NCBI GenBank assembly: GCA_051362555.1
Contig: CM120640.1
Span: 69,418,788-69,482,787, forward strand
From: Lingula anatina
Taxonomy: Eukaryota; Animalia; Brachiopoda
Reading direction: 5' to 3'
DNA length: 64,000 bases
Shown here: positions 1-13,250 of the stretch, piece after piece
Layout: each line of letters starts with the position of its first letter
Numbering within the stretch: the first letter of the stretch is position 1
Notes under the pieces: model-generated
Told to the model about the DNA's origin: nothing
What the model saw: the letters and a program-made list of their open reading frames with translations, nothing else
Database searches by the model: none
Position numbers and translations under genes: made by a program

Positions 1-2206
1 AGAGCAGTTCTGACAGCTGGGACTTAAAAACGTCTTAGCCAGCACTCTGTGCACTGACTAGGAAATGCACTCGCTAAACCACTGGCCATGCTTTCATATG
101 GTAATGGTGGGGCTCAGCCCACAGCCGATGAAATAAACACAGTCTATTGGAGCAGGTATTGATTAGTGCCTCTAAATAAACAGACCCACATTATAGTGCC
201 TTAGTCATATCTTGACAAGGGCACAACAGATTCAATAACATGGCATTTATTAACTGAACCCAGCTGAGAAGGATTTGCCCAAAGCGCCCTCTTTTTGACT
301 GAAGTGAAACATCCTAAGGGGTGAAATACAATAGAAATTGATTATAAGAAAGAGATCAAAGGGATAATGGCTATAAAATATTGGCAAGGTGTGAGGAAAA
401 TATTGCCAAGTTATGTCATGTAACGATATGCTTATTCTAATAAAAACACATTTATATTGTTCTAATGACTGTTTCTACTTATGACAGCCCCAGGTTGGCG
501 GGGAATAATCAAAGGGATAGCAGGGCAAAGGAAGACAGATTAACAATCTTTCAGCTGGTTCAGGTAGCCTTAGAGACTGGCCAGGTAGTAATTAGTACCT
601 GTAATCCTAATTCACCTGCATAACTCCCTGTGGTCACTCCATTAACACAGTCAAGACTGACCTTTACATGCATACACACTGTACATGGCCAAGATTTATA
701 CTCAGGGTTTCCTGATCAACATTGTCTATCCTTGATAATGCCAGCTGGAAAAGTCAAGTAGTAGTTGGACAAGGGGGGGGGGGGGGGGGGGGGGGGGGGA
801 GAAAAAAGGTAAAAATCATATTTGTGTTATTTATCTGGTTACTGCCATATGGACGTGCCACATATATTTTATTTATACCTGAAGCTCCTCAAATGAGTTC
901 TAGTTGGGTCTAATACACTTCAATGGAAATGTACTTGTTTTAAGTTACCAAATACATTAATTAGTTATATCATGAACCTTTCCATTTTTTCTATTGCAAC
1001 AGATAACAGTTTGTCTCACCTGAACTACCGTATTCCTACTGATGAGCATTAGACAGCTTCATGTCTAAGGAACCAAGGAACCAAGTTAATGCATTAATTA
1101 CTGTAATAAGCTAGCCTTAAGTGCCACATAAATTTAGACAAGAAGCAACAAAACCATTCCTCTCCAATATATATATATATATATCACAGAAAAATAAAAG
1201 TAAAACAGACTACCTTAGCTTGCAGGGACTTCCTGACAGCAGTAGACATCTTAACAGGTTGCGTGTTGATGCTGAATACAGGCACTAGCACTAATTCACT
1301 CCAGTCTAGATCAACTCCACTTTGAGAACCTGACTATCAGATGTTCTCACCTGCAGCCCATTATTTGCAGGGAGTGAAATCATTTAATTTCCATTTCATG
1401 AATCAAGGTTGTGTATGTGATGTCAGCGTGCCCCACCAATTATAGCAATTAACCCTCCCTGGTCTTACCTGTTCTGTGTGCACTGGTCTACTTTAATAAT
1501 AATATACCATCCACATGTTAAGTAGTTGTACAATGGAATAATTATTTCAAATAAGCATTAGCTTATGCAGTAAGTCACCGCTTTTGAGTGAAGCCCCCCT
1601 CCCTCCCTCCCTGAGTAGCCTGCCCCCTCTTTCACTCTCTCTTTAGGAGTACTTATAAATAAGATGAAGCCAGATAAATCTGTTCTGTATAATTCAAAAT
1701 TGAAAAAAAAATTCACTTTTTGTCTGAAATATAACTGAATGTGAAATCCTTAATTAAGTAAAAATATAGATTCTTAATTAACACCTTATATCTCTGATGC
1801 TATTCATGTATTAGTACTGTATAAATTCTTCTCACCAGTTTCACTAGTAATTAACTAAATGAGATATACATTTCAGTTCATCTTTCTTTACAACATACCT
1901 TTCATTAAGTTTCTCGCCTTACCTTCTGTGAGGTTGTAACTTGTTAAATAATCACCAAACGACACAAATCTTTTCTCTACCACGTTAACACCCTTATCAA
2001 TGATAAATTTAGTCATGACAAACCTGCTAATCAAACAATTTAAGTGTTTGAACTGTAATTTATATTCAGGGATGGACTGGGTTCCACAGGTATGATACTG
2101 ATTCATTTATAAGGAGGGTAAAAAGCTAACAATTATCCTGAATTTGGATGACAATGACTATACTGTGAATACTGGATTTGCCACTTACTGTCCACACCTC
2201 ACCTGT

Positions 2207-2371
2207 TGCTGCTGCTTTCTGTCCCACTGTCTATTCTCGGGTCACAGTCTCCTCTGCTTGCTGTCCCACTGTCTATTCTCGGGTCACAGTCTCCTCTGCT
2301 TGCTGTCCCACTGTCTATTCTCAGGTCACAGTCCCCTCTGCTTGCTGTCCCACTGTCTATTCTCAGGTCAG
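2207..2371. repeat. 42-bp minisatellite, ~4 copies
   Basis: Unit ctgtcccactgtctattctc(g/a)ggtcacagtc(t/c)cctctgcttg recurs at 2221, 2263, 2305 and 2347 (period 42). It explains the repetitive ORFs at 2144-2429. Confidence 0.9.
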
Positions 2372-4975
2372 AGCCAGAGCTGACTCATTTCACACAATTC
2401 ATGATCTGAAAGTAAGAGACAAAACATAGGTAAACACTTTCCTCTGCAGCAGTATGGAGTGTGTAATATGAACAATACAGTCAATATTATCGACTTAAAA
2501 ACAAAAAACAGATGCACATAACAAAATAAATGGCTAGTTCTAACATTGATTTACATGGGTGGTACCCTCCTTCCTTTTGACTTGGAGCACTGATTTGTCA
2601 CTGAAATCAGTTTCTGAAAACTCCTCATTCCCAACATAATTTTATAGAACAATAATGATATTCTGAGGAATTGTCCAATTCAACTGCTAGTTTTCTCAGA
2701 CACACATATATATATATATATATACCGTATATATATATATGGAAAACTAAGAATACATGTACAGAATGCAGAGCTACCTAAAGCTCTTGACAATCTCCAA
2801 CTTCTTGTTCAGTGTCACAGATTAAGCTAAAAAAAGACAAAATCCTATTAATCACATTTAAGGCACATAAAATGAGGCATGAAATCTGAGCTGCAGCCAG
2901 AGCTACAATTCATTTTAACAAGGAGAATCGCCCACAAACACTGCAGAGACATGTGAGTTATGACACAGGCCTAAAATAAGCTTATGAGCAAACATCAAAT
3001 TTCCATAAGAAGTTGTGGTTGGTTCACCCCTCTTCCTCTCTGGTTAACCATCAACAGTTCAAATCCTATTTAACTCTTCTTAGAAAATTATGAACATCAA
3101 ATAAGTTCCTTTTAATTTCAGACAAAAATTACCACTTTAGACAGGGGGGGAGTTTCAAATTTTGTCCAACAATTCAAATGTTTTTGCTGCACAACCCTAG
3201 ATGTGAGACTCAACATACTATATGTAGAAATTCAGCAGCACCAAAGTGTGTTTGTTGGTCATCTCTGAGTGTTCTCTGGGTGACCACTTCCAGCTCAATG
3301 TGTAGGCTACTCACTCATCAGCATGATGAGTACATGTGGACTACGCATGTCCTACTTTAATAACATGGGAACCAGACAGACTCAGCAATCCAAAGCCTCA
3401 CGTGTGATGATAAATACCTTCAATGTCACGGAAAGTAGATCATCTTCACCATTTCTAGTCCTAAGCTCAAGTTTCTTGGGGTATATATCTCAAGTGTACA
3501 TACAGCCTCTGATCACCAAACACCAAGGACCTTCCCAACCTGTACTCTTATCTCTCAGGGATTAACATGCCTGGATGGGCTGTCACCACTCCAGACCCCG
3601 ACCGACTCAATTCAATGAAGCACATCCTGTAGGTATACACTGTTCAAACTCCCTGGGTACTGTGCTCAACTGCTTGATGTTTTTTCTTCACCAAAAGACT
3701 TCATTGTGCACCTTGGGCTTTGCCTTCCCACTGCAAACACATCGTGTTTTCTTTACGCTGTTTTTCTTCTTCTCTGCCAACAAAGCTAGGAAAGTCGCAC
3801 AAACATTTTGTTTCCTCAAAGGGCCAATTCTTCACAATGCTACCTGGGTAAATATCGGGGCTGTTACACTGGCTGGGTTTAAATGAACATGGATCAGCAA
3901 AGCAGAGCCACTACCGGGGATGAAAGAGACCCATGAAAAGACTGAGCTAGAGAATTACTTATGTATACATTAAAGTAAAAAAAAAGTCTGCAAGGTGACA
4001 GGTGAAACTACTGAAGATGGATTTATGTCGTCCTCCTTTCACAACCTGTTTCAATAGTCACAATTACAGTTTTATCTTTATGCTGTGAAAACATGGATGG
4101 CAAATGAAAGATATCAGCTCAACTTTTCAAATGTGGAACAATACTTTATGCCGGAAATTAAATGTGCTTTCAATCATAAATTATTAAAACTTTTTCAAAT
4201 TTTAATTTGTGAACTCAAGCTTAAAAGGTAATTCTAAGTTGGGACAAATAGTTGAAAGGTTTTGAACCTATTGATTTTTACTTGCAATATCAAATTTCAT
4301 TTTGCAATCTAAACAAATTACAGCATAAAAGCTTTTTCAGTATTTAATATGTTATTGGTATACTTACAGAAGGAAAAACAACCAACAAATCTCTTAAAAG
4401 TCATACAATAAGAAAAAGGCAGCCTGATAAAAAAGGACTCCAAACTTAAATACACATGCATGGCAAAATCATTGTACCGGTAAGTCATAATTATATCATG
4501 CTTGTCTAAATGAAGTGATATAAGGGATATACAGCAGGGTTTCCTGCCAGTCTGCATGGTGTGCAGATTATCAAAGCACAGATAAAGATTGTCCAGCAGG
4601 ATAATATACAATAAAGACTGAGTTCAACTTCTACATACTGTACATGTAGCTTCAACACAAATCTGTTTTCTTCAGTGAAATTAAGTGGCATGAACATACA
4701 CCCCTCACAATAAATAACTAAATAAACAAATAAATAAATACTACTTCCTATAAAAATAACTAACTTCTTACTTTTTTGTTAGATGCCTCAACCAAGAGGT
4801 ATCACAATTACTGCAGATGCACAACGAGATAAGTACTAGAGTTCCAATTAATGCAGTATTTATAGTGAGTAGCCCCCTCATAATTTTTGCAAAAGTATAG
4901 CGTTCACCAAATAAAAGTGTATTTACTCAAATATATATATATATATGTGTCAAGCACTCAAACCTACGTCCTTAC

Positions 4976-5027
4976 CTTCTAAACTTGAGTGACTGTAACA
5001 TGTGTCTGTTGAGTCTGTTGAACACCT
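4976..5027 (-). CDS. Putative first coding exon (MLQSLKFR...) of an unidentified minus-strand gene divergent from PPM1D
   Basis: The minus strand reads tag|...cacATG TTA CAG TCA CTC AAG TTT AGA AG|gtaag (ATG at 5001-4999). A strong donor gtaagt near 7075-7079 next to the PPM1D promoter could end a non-coding first exon. The exon is too short to identify. Confidence 0.35.
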
Positions 5028-7079
5028 CTACACCAAAATCATAAACAAAATAAAATCAACACAGCGTAAACAATTGTGGACTTGTAACCATAATATAATC
5101 GGAAATACATGTAATTATTGCTGAAGGACTCTTGGTCCAGGTAACATCCTGCAGCCAGAGGTAAAAGCAAACTGATGACAACAAAGATAAAACCTATAGA
5201 ATATTTCATGTAAAGCTAACCTATTAAATCATATCAAAAGACTTGCAACCATCGCCAAGGGTGGTCAAGTAACATCAATCTTTCCAGATATGTCAAGAAA
5301 TTTCATGCCTTTCCTCCTTCTACTATAACTCCCATACACACCACATAATGTAGGCTTTTATTTCCATATCCACTGCCTTCAGTGCTGTGTATGTATGCAC
5401 CTCTCCATTGCTACAGGTGGATCAGGTTCACTTCACCTGAAAACACCTGCCATGAGATCACAACCACAAATCATTTAAACCTAACCCCTGTGGTTGATCT
5501 CTTGCTCCCATTTAATTATGATAACACCTCAGACATCTTACAGACAACTTGAATATAACACATCCCTGCCTCTCAAAGAATACATGTACACATACAAACC
5601 AGATACATGGCGATGCACTAGAAACAGTAGGTTAAAACTGGAAAAAAATATTGTATTATCATAAAAATTTCATATCTCCACAAACCTCAAAATCTGATAG
5701 CATTTCAATAATTTAGCTATTTTGTGAATAAGTTTATCTTCAACTTGCTGGGGGTCAACCTTTCAATTACCTGTATTAATACAGTGATATCTTTCATAAC
5801 TGTACAGAATCATCCTATGGTGTCAATCCTTAATTTAATCATTATCGTCTTCAATCTTTTTTATGTTTAAGTTGATAAACATGAATTTTACAGCCTTTTA
5901 TTTTCTAATTAAGTTGGAAAGATTAAAATGACTTTCAAATTCACTGAATGATATGAATCTTCAGACAGGAAGGGAGTAATAGAAGGGAAGGTGTTAGGTA
6001 AGGATACAATGTAGCTTTACAATGTTGTTCAATACTTTACAGGTTTTTAAAGTATGGATTTACTTTTGTAAATTGGTGGAGGTACAAAATGACTGTAAGT
6101 TGGTGGGGGGAGGGGGCAAATTGACATTTTTTTTAGTGTGATCTGGAAAATGTGATAAGCACCTAAGTTTTATCAGAGATGTTGGATGACGAGGGGAAAA
6201 CTTGTACCATAAACTGGACTGCAAGCCATTGGGGAAAATGCTTGAAATGTCCTTGAAATCTTTAAAAACATTTCATTAGCTTTATAAAAGTACTGTTATA
6301 CATTTATAACCCTCACAGTAGTCCATTTGAGGTTACTGGATAAGGGCAATTCAGTGAAAAGTGAAAAGAAAATAAATCCCTTAACCGAATAAAGAAAAAA
6401 CTCAGCGCATCTAAAGAAAGACAATTGTTTTGACTGAGAAAACATTGGGATATGACAATATACATCATGCTAAACCTCAATTAATTTTGGAACAAAAATT
6501 ATTCACAATATATGCCAGTCTTAATTTTTAAATCCAAATCAAAATGAAACAGTCTGTTGGTACTACACAGGATTTTATGGCAAATTGTGAAAAAAGAACA
6601 CAGTTTGGTTCTTCATAAGAAAGTGACAAAGTTGCACAGACTGCTGCCAATACACACAACTTCACGAGATTGGGTATTTCTCTTTACTAATTTTGTATTA
6701 TAAGTGTTAAGTTACTTGAAGAAAACCAGATGAACGAAAGAATAACAGCTGTCGTTCTTGTCTTTTTTCTTCGTTTAATAACGATAGCAACAGATTGGTG
6801 TAACACGAATCGGTGCACATAGTTCATAAAAAAGAACTGATTTTCATGAAGATGCCGTATTATGTCACCGGATGTGACAGTGATAGTAACACCTAGAGTA
6901 TGAAACACTTCTACTGTAGCTGCCACTTGCAGCACAGTATTCTACGTTCGCGGTGACGACCTGTGAGTTTGTCCTTTATCACAGCAATTTACGGGTAGTA
7001 ATTACCTCTTAATAACCATTTTCTGTTCACCTCTTAAACACTGTTAAGCTGTATCATTTTCATCAAAGAAACTACTTAC

Positions 7080-7493
7080 TTGTACTCGTACCGGCCAATG
7101 TTTACACTTGCTGCCAGTCACGCCAAGTTTAAATTACTTATGCGCATCTATTTTGCGCATTTCCGTTTTGAGCCGAGAGTGTCCACATATGATACTAAAC
7201 AAGGAACTGAAAAATATCTATTCAATCATTTCTTGAAATAAGGCATGAAATTCATCGATTTTACTATATAGAAGCTATTTTATGTAGGTAGATCTATGAG
7301 AAAGAAAAGTTGCATAATTTGGATAGTTCATAGTCCGATCTCTATTCGATAGAAACCCAAGTAAACGGAAATGACTTTTCACATTCAAATTTGGACATTG
7401 ACCTCGTGGAGGTCAGCCAATCAGCTGGTCTTGCTAGTGTCAGGCCCGAACAAATGCATATTTATGAAGTTGAGGAATAAACGAAGCTGAAAT
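7080..7493. promoter_or_regulatory. Probable (bidirectional) promoter upstream of PPM1D
   Basis: Locally CpG-richer. CCAAT boxes (ggCCAATg ~7095, agCCAATcag ~7417), ETS-like cggaa/ttccg motifs and a tgacctc..gaggtca palindrome ~7398. Confidence 0.5.
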
Positions 7494-10400
7494 ATGTGGA
7501 GGGGGGAATATCAAAATTCTTCTTCTTTCCCTGAAATGGAAGGAATATGCAGAGGGATCGGGGCTAACTTAAGAGTGACCATGAGTCTTAACCAAGGGAT
7601 GAGAAAATATATGGAAGATGTTACCCAAGTACACTTTGAAAAGTCACCAGACGGCGATGATATACTGTTCGGGTTTTTCGCCGTATACGATGGTCATGGC
7701 GGACCAGAAGCCTCTCAGTTCGCCAAGAAGCATTTACTTCAGTATTTAAAAGATCAGCCTGGATTTTGGAGTGAGGATGACGAAAAGATCAAGGCATCGA
7801 TCAAGCTGGCATTCACACTTACACATGATGCGATGTGGAAGGAAAGAGGTACGTTTTCGTTACCGGCCGTTTGGAGCGTTTACTCGTAAAAACATTTTCC
7901 CGCTTAGCTAAGTCTTTTACCGCCCAAAGTTAAAGGATATGTAAAGTTAAAGGGTATGTTTATCAGACTGTATTTGAGTACCAGAAGCATGATCTTGTGG
8001 GGACTGGACAAGATTTTTTTATTTGAAACTATAGGCAGTCTAGTAGTAAAACCTGTATGGGCATATCAAACGTATTTACATTTTGCAGGTCTCTGCCTGC
8101 ACACTCAGGTGATTAGCTGGCTATGGGCCAACTGTGATAACACTGTCCTTTTTGCTCTAGAGTTTATGTTTGTATTTATGCCTTTGTCATTGTAGGCAAA
8201 TGATTTACCATGATATGCACTGCTTTTTTGTCAGATATGGTAAAATGGGTCTCCTGCCTTGTGTATTATTCAATATGTTAGCAACTTATCTATGATTTTG
8301 TGTATGTTGTTTATTAACATTTTTGCTTTGTTTACAAGTGTTATCACACTTTCCCTACATTCAGTTAGAACTGTCAAATATGTGAGGGCAACATAATTAT
8401 ATTATCAGCTTATTACCCTGAGCTTAAGATTCCTGCAGGCAATATAGTGAACTAGTGACAGTAGTAGGACTTGTGTGCCTCGAACCCAAGAAATTACCTG
8501 TTGTTCCATTTCAAGTGCACTGAGTCAGATTCATGCTTTTGACTATTATCTAGAATTCTAGCTCTCTTGCATAGGTTTGACAAGTTTACCATGCCCTTAA
8601 ATCAATAAATTTGAATAGTGGATTTTTTTGTTAAAAATATGATTGTTTTCTTTCAGTAAAAATGTTTTAAGTCAATTAAGAAGTCATTAATACTTATTGT
8701 TTTAATCATGATTCATGTACTAGTAGTATTACTAAAGGAGCTCACCAGCATTCATCATAGTGTAGTGCTTACAGGTGTGGTAAACAATGAGACTGCCTTT
8801 TTGTTATAGATGGAGTTGATGATTGCATACCCATAATTAATGGTAAATACCATGCCTATGTAAGCTGACATACACACACTTTCTAGTAATGGAGACAGTC
8901 ATTATTGGACTTAAAAGCTCAGGGTAGTAATTATATGAATAATGGTGTATATAGATTTTGGAGTCCTCTAAATGATGGACCTTAATTTTTTTTTCTTTTG
9001 CAGGTAATTGGTCTAAAACATCATCTGGGTTTCCTAGCACAGCAGGCACCACTGCCAGTGTGGCCATTATGAAAAATAGCAAAATTTATATTGGCCATGT
9101 TGGTGATTCGGGTATTATACTAGGGTACAAAGATCCACAAACCCAGAAGGTACATGGAAAACAGCTTACAAAGGTAATGATAATGACACGTTTAGAATGT
9201 CTTTAATAAAAAAAAAAAGAGTCCCTGTTTAATTGGATTTGAACTGCAACTTAATTTTAAATAAAAGGGATTTATTAATTATCTCAAAATGTATCAGTGA
9301 TTTTTTTATCATTTCATAAAGGACCATAAGCCAGAAAGCCCCTTTGAGAAAAAGAGGATAGAAGATGCTGGTGGTTGTGTGATGGTGAAGTCTGGGGTAA
9401 ACAGAGTGGTGTGGAAGCGGGCCTCTGTCAACCATAAAGGTCCTATTCGACGCAGCACAGAGCTAGTTCATGTACCTTTTCTAGCAGTTGCAAGGTCTTT
9501 AGGTAACTTAGCCTAGGAACTAACTTATTATTATACTTAACTAATTATCATCATCACTATTGTATTTTTTAACAAGACTTTGAATATTTGTAAATTGTAA
9601 TCTCTGAACTGTTAAAAATTGGAAAGACATTTTGGGTAGTAATGAAGGGACATTGAGTATTTTGAAGATAATATGCAATAATGTACAGGAAGTTTTATGA
9701 TAGGATGTGGACTTCTGGGTTGATATGTCTCAGTGCCATCTCCAAATGTACATATGTTTCAAAGCTAAATATGCCATGTAATATGTGATGTTTTTCAGGT
9801 GACCTGTGGAGTTACAACTCTTCGACCAATGAATACTCGGTCTCACCAGAGCCTGATGTGGATGTTGTTCCCTTTGACCACAGGGTTGATTACTGTCTGA
9901 TCCTAGGCACTGATGGGTTGCTGAATATGTTCACTTCACAGGACCTGGCAGAAATGGTGCATTGTGTGGAGAAGCAAACATACGAAACAGTTGTTAATAG
10001 TCGGGTATGTCTTTGAATTGTTAATAGTCTGGTATGTCTTTGAATTGTTAGGATAAGCAGCTTTGGCAAATAGTAGTGACCTCTCCTTTACAAAAAATAA
10101 ATAAATAAATAAATAAAAAATAAAATAAAAAACAATAAAAAAATAAAATTCTTTACATAGGTGAACATTGAAAAAATTACCAACTCATATGCTTGAATAC
10201 AGAATATCAGAAATGGATAAGAAATAATAAAAAATGAATAAATTCACCAGGAAAAAATACAGTTTGCAGTCACTGCATTTAATTAGATTGACCTAAAAAT
10301 TCCTTTTTGCATTTTTTAGAACACGACAGAAAATTTCTGGATTAACCCAGCTTGCACCCTGGTGAATACTGCCATAGACAAGTGGCGCAAGAGAAGCCTG

Positions 10401-11681
10401 AGGGCAGACAACACCAGCTGTGTAGTTGTCTTGATAGACCCTCCAGGATTTTCACGACAAGAATACCTCAAGAAAGAGAGATTAAAGAAACAAAGTATGT
10501 CCAGCCCTGTAAATACAGCGCCAGAGCCAAAAAGTCAGGCGATGTTTGAGAAGAAATATCCTTCTGTGACACGTGAGCCCAAAAGCCTGGCTGGGCCCCA
10601 GTCTAAAAGTCAGTATCAGAAACCCTTCAGAATTCCTGATCCAATGGATGGTCCGTATCTTCGTATCCTTACACCTAGCATGTACAGGAAACGTGCTCAT
10701 GATGAGTCCCCCAAGGAACGATCAGCAAATCCGAAAAGGATAAAACTCGACTTTGAGGAGGCTGATGGAAAAAAGTTGACTCCTAGTCAACCGCCTGTAG
10801 TCAAAGCCCCAGAGGGTAAGGGAATCAAAGAACATACTCAGAGACAACATGGGAAATTTCCCAAGTATTTGACACCAACTAAGTACAGGGTGGCTAATGA
10901 TGGTGGTGGAGATGGGGACCCAGAAAAGCAGGTTGCTGGCTTTAGCAGAGAGAAAAGTTTTCAAGCAAAAAGCTTTTCAAATGCACACTCGACACCCGAA
11001 AACTCTGTAAAAGATTCTGTAAAACTTTTACCTGAAGAAAAGGCTAAAGTTAAAAGACATATTGCCCAGTGCAGCAAAATAACCCCTGATGATTCCAGTG
11101 CAGACAGTGAAAGCATAGCCCAGTCTTGCAGTGGTAAAAAGGAAAAGATGCACCAGTCTCCACAATCCACTCAAAACAGTGTCACAACAGCACACAGTGC
11201 AAACAAACTCCAGGGAACAAAAATGGTCACAAGGCTGTCGACTAAGGATGCCACACAGGAAATGGGTGGCATATCTGAAAGCACAGCTACTCCAAGCAAT
11301 AATTTTAAGAATAGTAAAGGGGAAAAGTCCTCGATCAATACTCCTTGTAATGGTGGAAAGGAGAACACTCCACAGTCAACCAGCACATTAGGAAAGTTGA
11401 CGCCAGAGCATCATGAACCAGTATGCACAAGAAGATCGTCTAGGAGATCGTCAGAGATTGTCAAATCTGAGGAGTTGGACAGCAGTAAAGGAGACATAGG
11501 TACTGAAAAGGATATAAAAATAGCTGGATCAAAGAGGCAAGTTGGTGAGGTTCTGGCCTATAATTGTGACATGTCAGAGAAGCGGTCAAGGCGTGATGGC
11601 AGTTGTAAGTTGACCAAGGAGCAGGCCAACCAGCACCTCTATACCAGTATGAAACTCAGGCTACGACAAAAGGTTCAATAG
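7494..11681 (+). CDS. PPM1D: Protein phosphatase 1D (Wip1), PP2C family
   Basis: Exons 7494(or 7536)-7848, 9004-9173, 9322-9502, 9799-10004, 10320-11681, all GT-AG and in phase. Motifs [69 protein letters not shown] and RADNTS are diagnostic of PPM1D. Long low-complexity C-terminal tail. Confidence 0.95.
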
Positions 11682-12711
11682 CGGTACAACCTTTACCATC
11701 ATAGTTGATTATATTTGTTATTGTCATAAAATTTGTGATGAATTTAAACATTTTCACATTATTTTTATGAAACAAAATATGCAAGGGATTTATTGATGTT
11801 ACAGTATTGGCTGCTGATGTTTAGGAAGTTGTGTATTTTAAGTAATTGTCAAAGTTTTTAAATGATGATGGATAATTTTTGTTGCATAATTTTATGTGAT
11901 GATTGCAGATGTTATAAATGTATATTTTTCGAAACCATTTAGGAAAAAAATTGCAGACATCTTTTGTGGGAAAATTCATTTTATTAACAATTTAAATGAT
12001 GTTTAATGATGAGTTTTAGTGTTTTCTTATAAAAAAAATGTTACTCTTTTGTCTTAACTCTACAAAAGTGGATTTTTGACTGAGGATGGACAAGTCATAG
12101 TACATTAAATTTTTTATGACCAGACTTGCAATGAGGTGAACTACAGAAATGTGTGCTTCCACCTCTTGAATATTCCATTGACAAAGTCAAATTCAGGGTT
12201 TTATTGACTATTATCCACTTTTTTTCATTTAGTTAACCCTGTTATTTATTGTTGATATGAACATTTTAAAATAAATTTGGTTTTTTGGCATTAACAAATG
12301 TATAGAGTCATATAACAATACCTCCCACCATAATTTTGCACACAAATAGACATGCATACATGTTAGTAGTATTATTCCTAAAAGAGATTTGACCTAGATA
12401 CAGGCCAGTAATTCAGTCCATTAAATTCACAATGTTCAGTGTTTGTAACACATTACAAATATGATTTATTTTTGTTTGAAAGATTAAGAAATTACTTTAG
12501 AATTGTATAGTGAATTTTAAATCGCATCTAATCCAATTTGAGCATGTTGCCCTCTTAGGCATTTATACTCTATTTGGATGTTGCTTCAACTCCTGTCATT
12601 TTACTTATATTTTTAGTGCATATGCTTTCTGTCCTGTATTGTTTTAATATGTTAATTTTACACTGGGCTCTAATTAGTATAATTTTATAAATGATATGGA
12701 CTGATAATCTA

Positions 12712-13250
12712 AATAGTAGCATGTGATTTAATGTATCATTGACTAGTAGTGATGTGTACATATTTGCAAATTGAAAAGTTGTTTTTGATGTGAAATTTTG
12801 TAGTATTTGCTGTTAAGAATGTCATTTTCAGAGTTTACTTTATGGTGCTTTATGATAATTTATTTATTGACGGTTTGACATACCACATCAGAACACAGGC
12901 ACGTATGACATCACATCTTTCATTGATCTCACAGTGTATAAAATCTCTGTAGAAAATTTGTAAATAGATGAGGGATGAAGGTGGCAGTAAATATAATGTT
13001 GAAGTCTTAACTCTTTGTTCAAGTTCTGTGTAATTTTCTTTTTTTTTTAGATAAAAGTTTTTATCCACTTTATGCGAGACAAGCAAATTTCTAAAAAAAA
13101 AAAAGTATTTTCACAGCAAAATCTAGTCATCTTTCATTTCTAGTATGCAACTGCCTTGGGTATGCAAATGTCTCCATTGGGTCAGCATTTACCAAGTCTT
13201 GGGTACGATTCTGTGACAAAATTCCTATCAGTTTATTGATTTTTATTAAT
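12712..13250. repeat. Left copy of a ~500-bp direct duplication (partner at ~24230-24790)
   Basis: Shared blocks such as cattgactagtagtgatgtgtacatatttgcaa and tttgacataccacatcagaacacaggcacgtatgacatcacatctttcattgatctca occur at both ~12739-12930 and ~24255-24442. Confidence 0.9.

Noticed and set aside
30-95. tRNA/SINE-like A-box (tggccagtggtttagc on the minus strand)
   Set aside because: No B-box or cloverleaf at the proper spacing. At most a decayed SINE.
773-798. Poly-G run (and poly-C at ~55448-55473, ~39878-39893) as functional G-quadruplexes
   Set aside because: Simple homopolymers of uncertain assembled length, with no supporting context.
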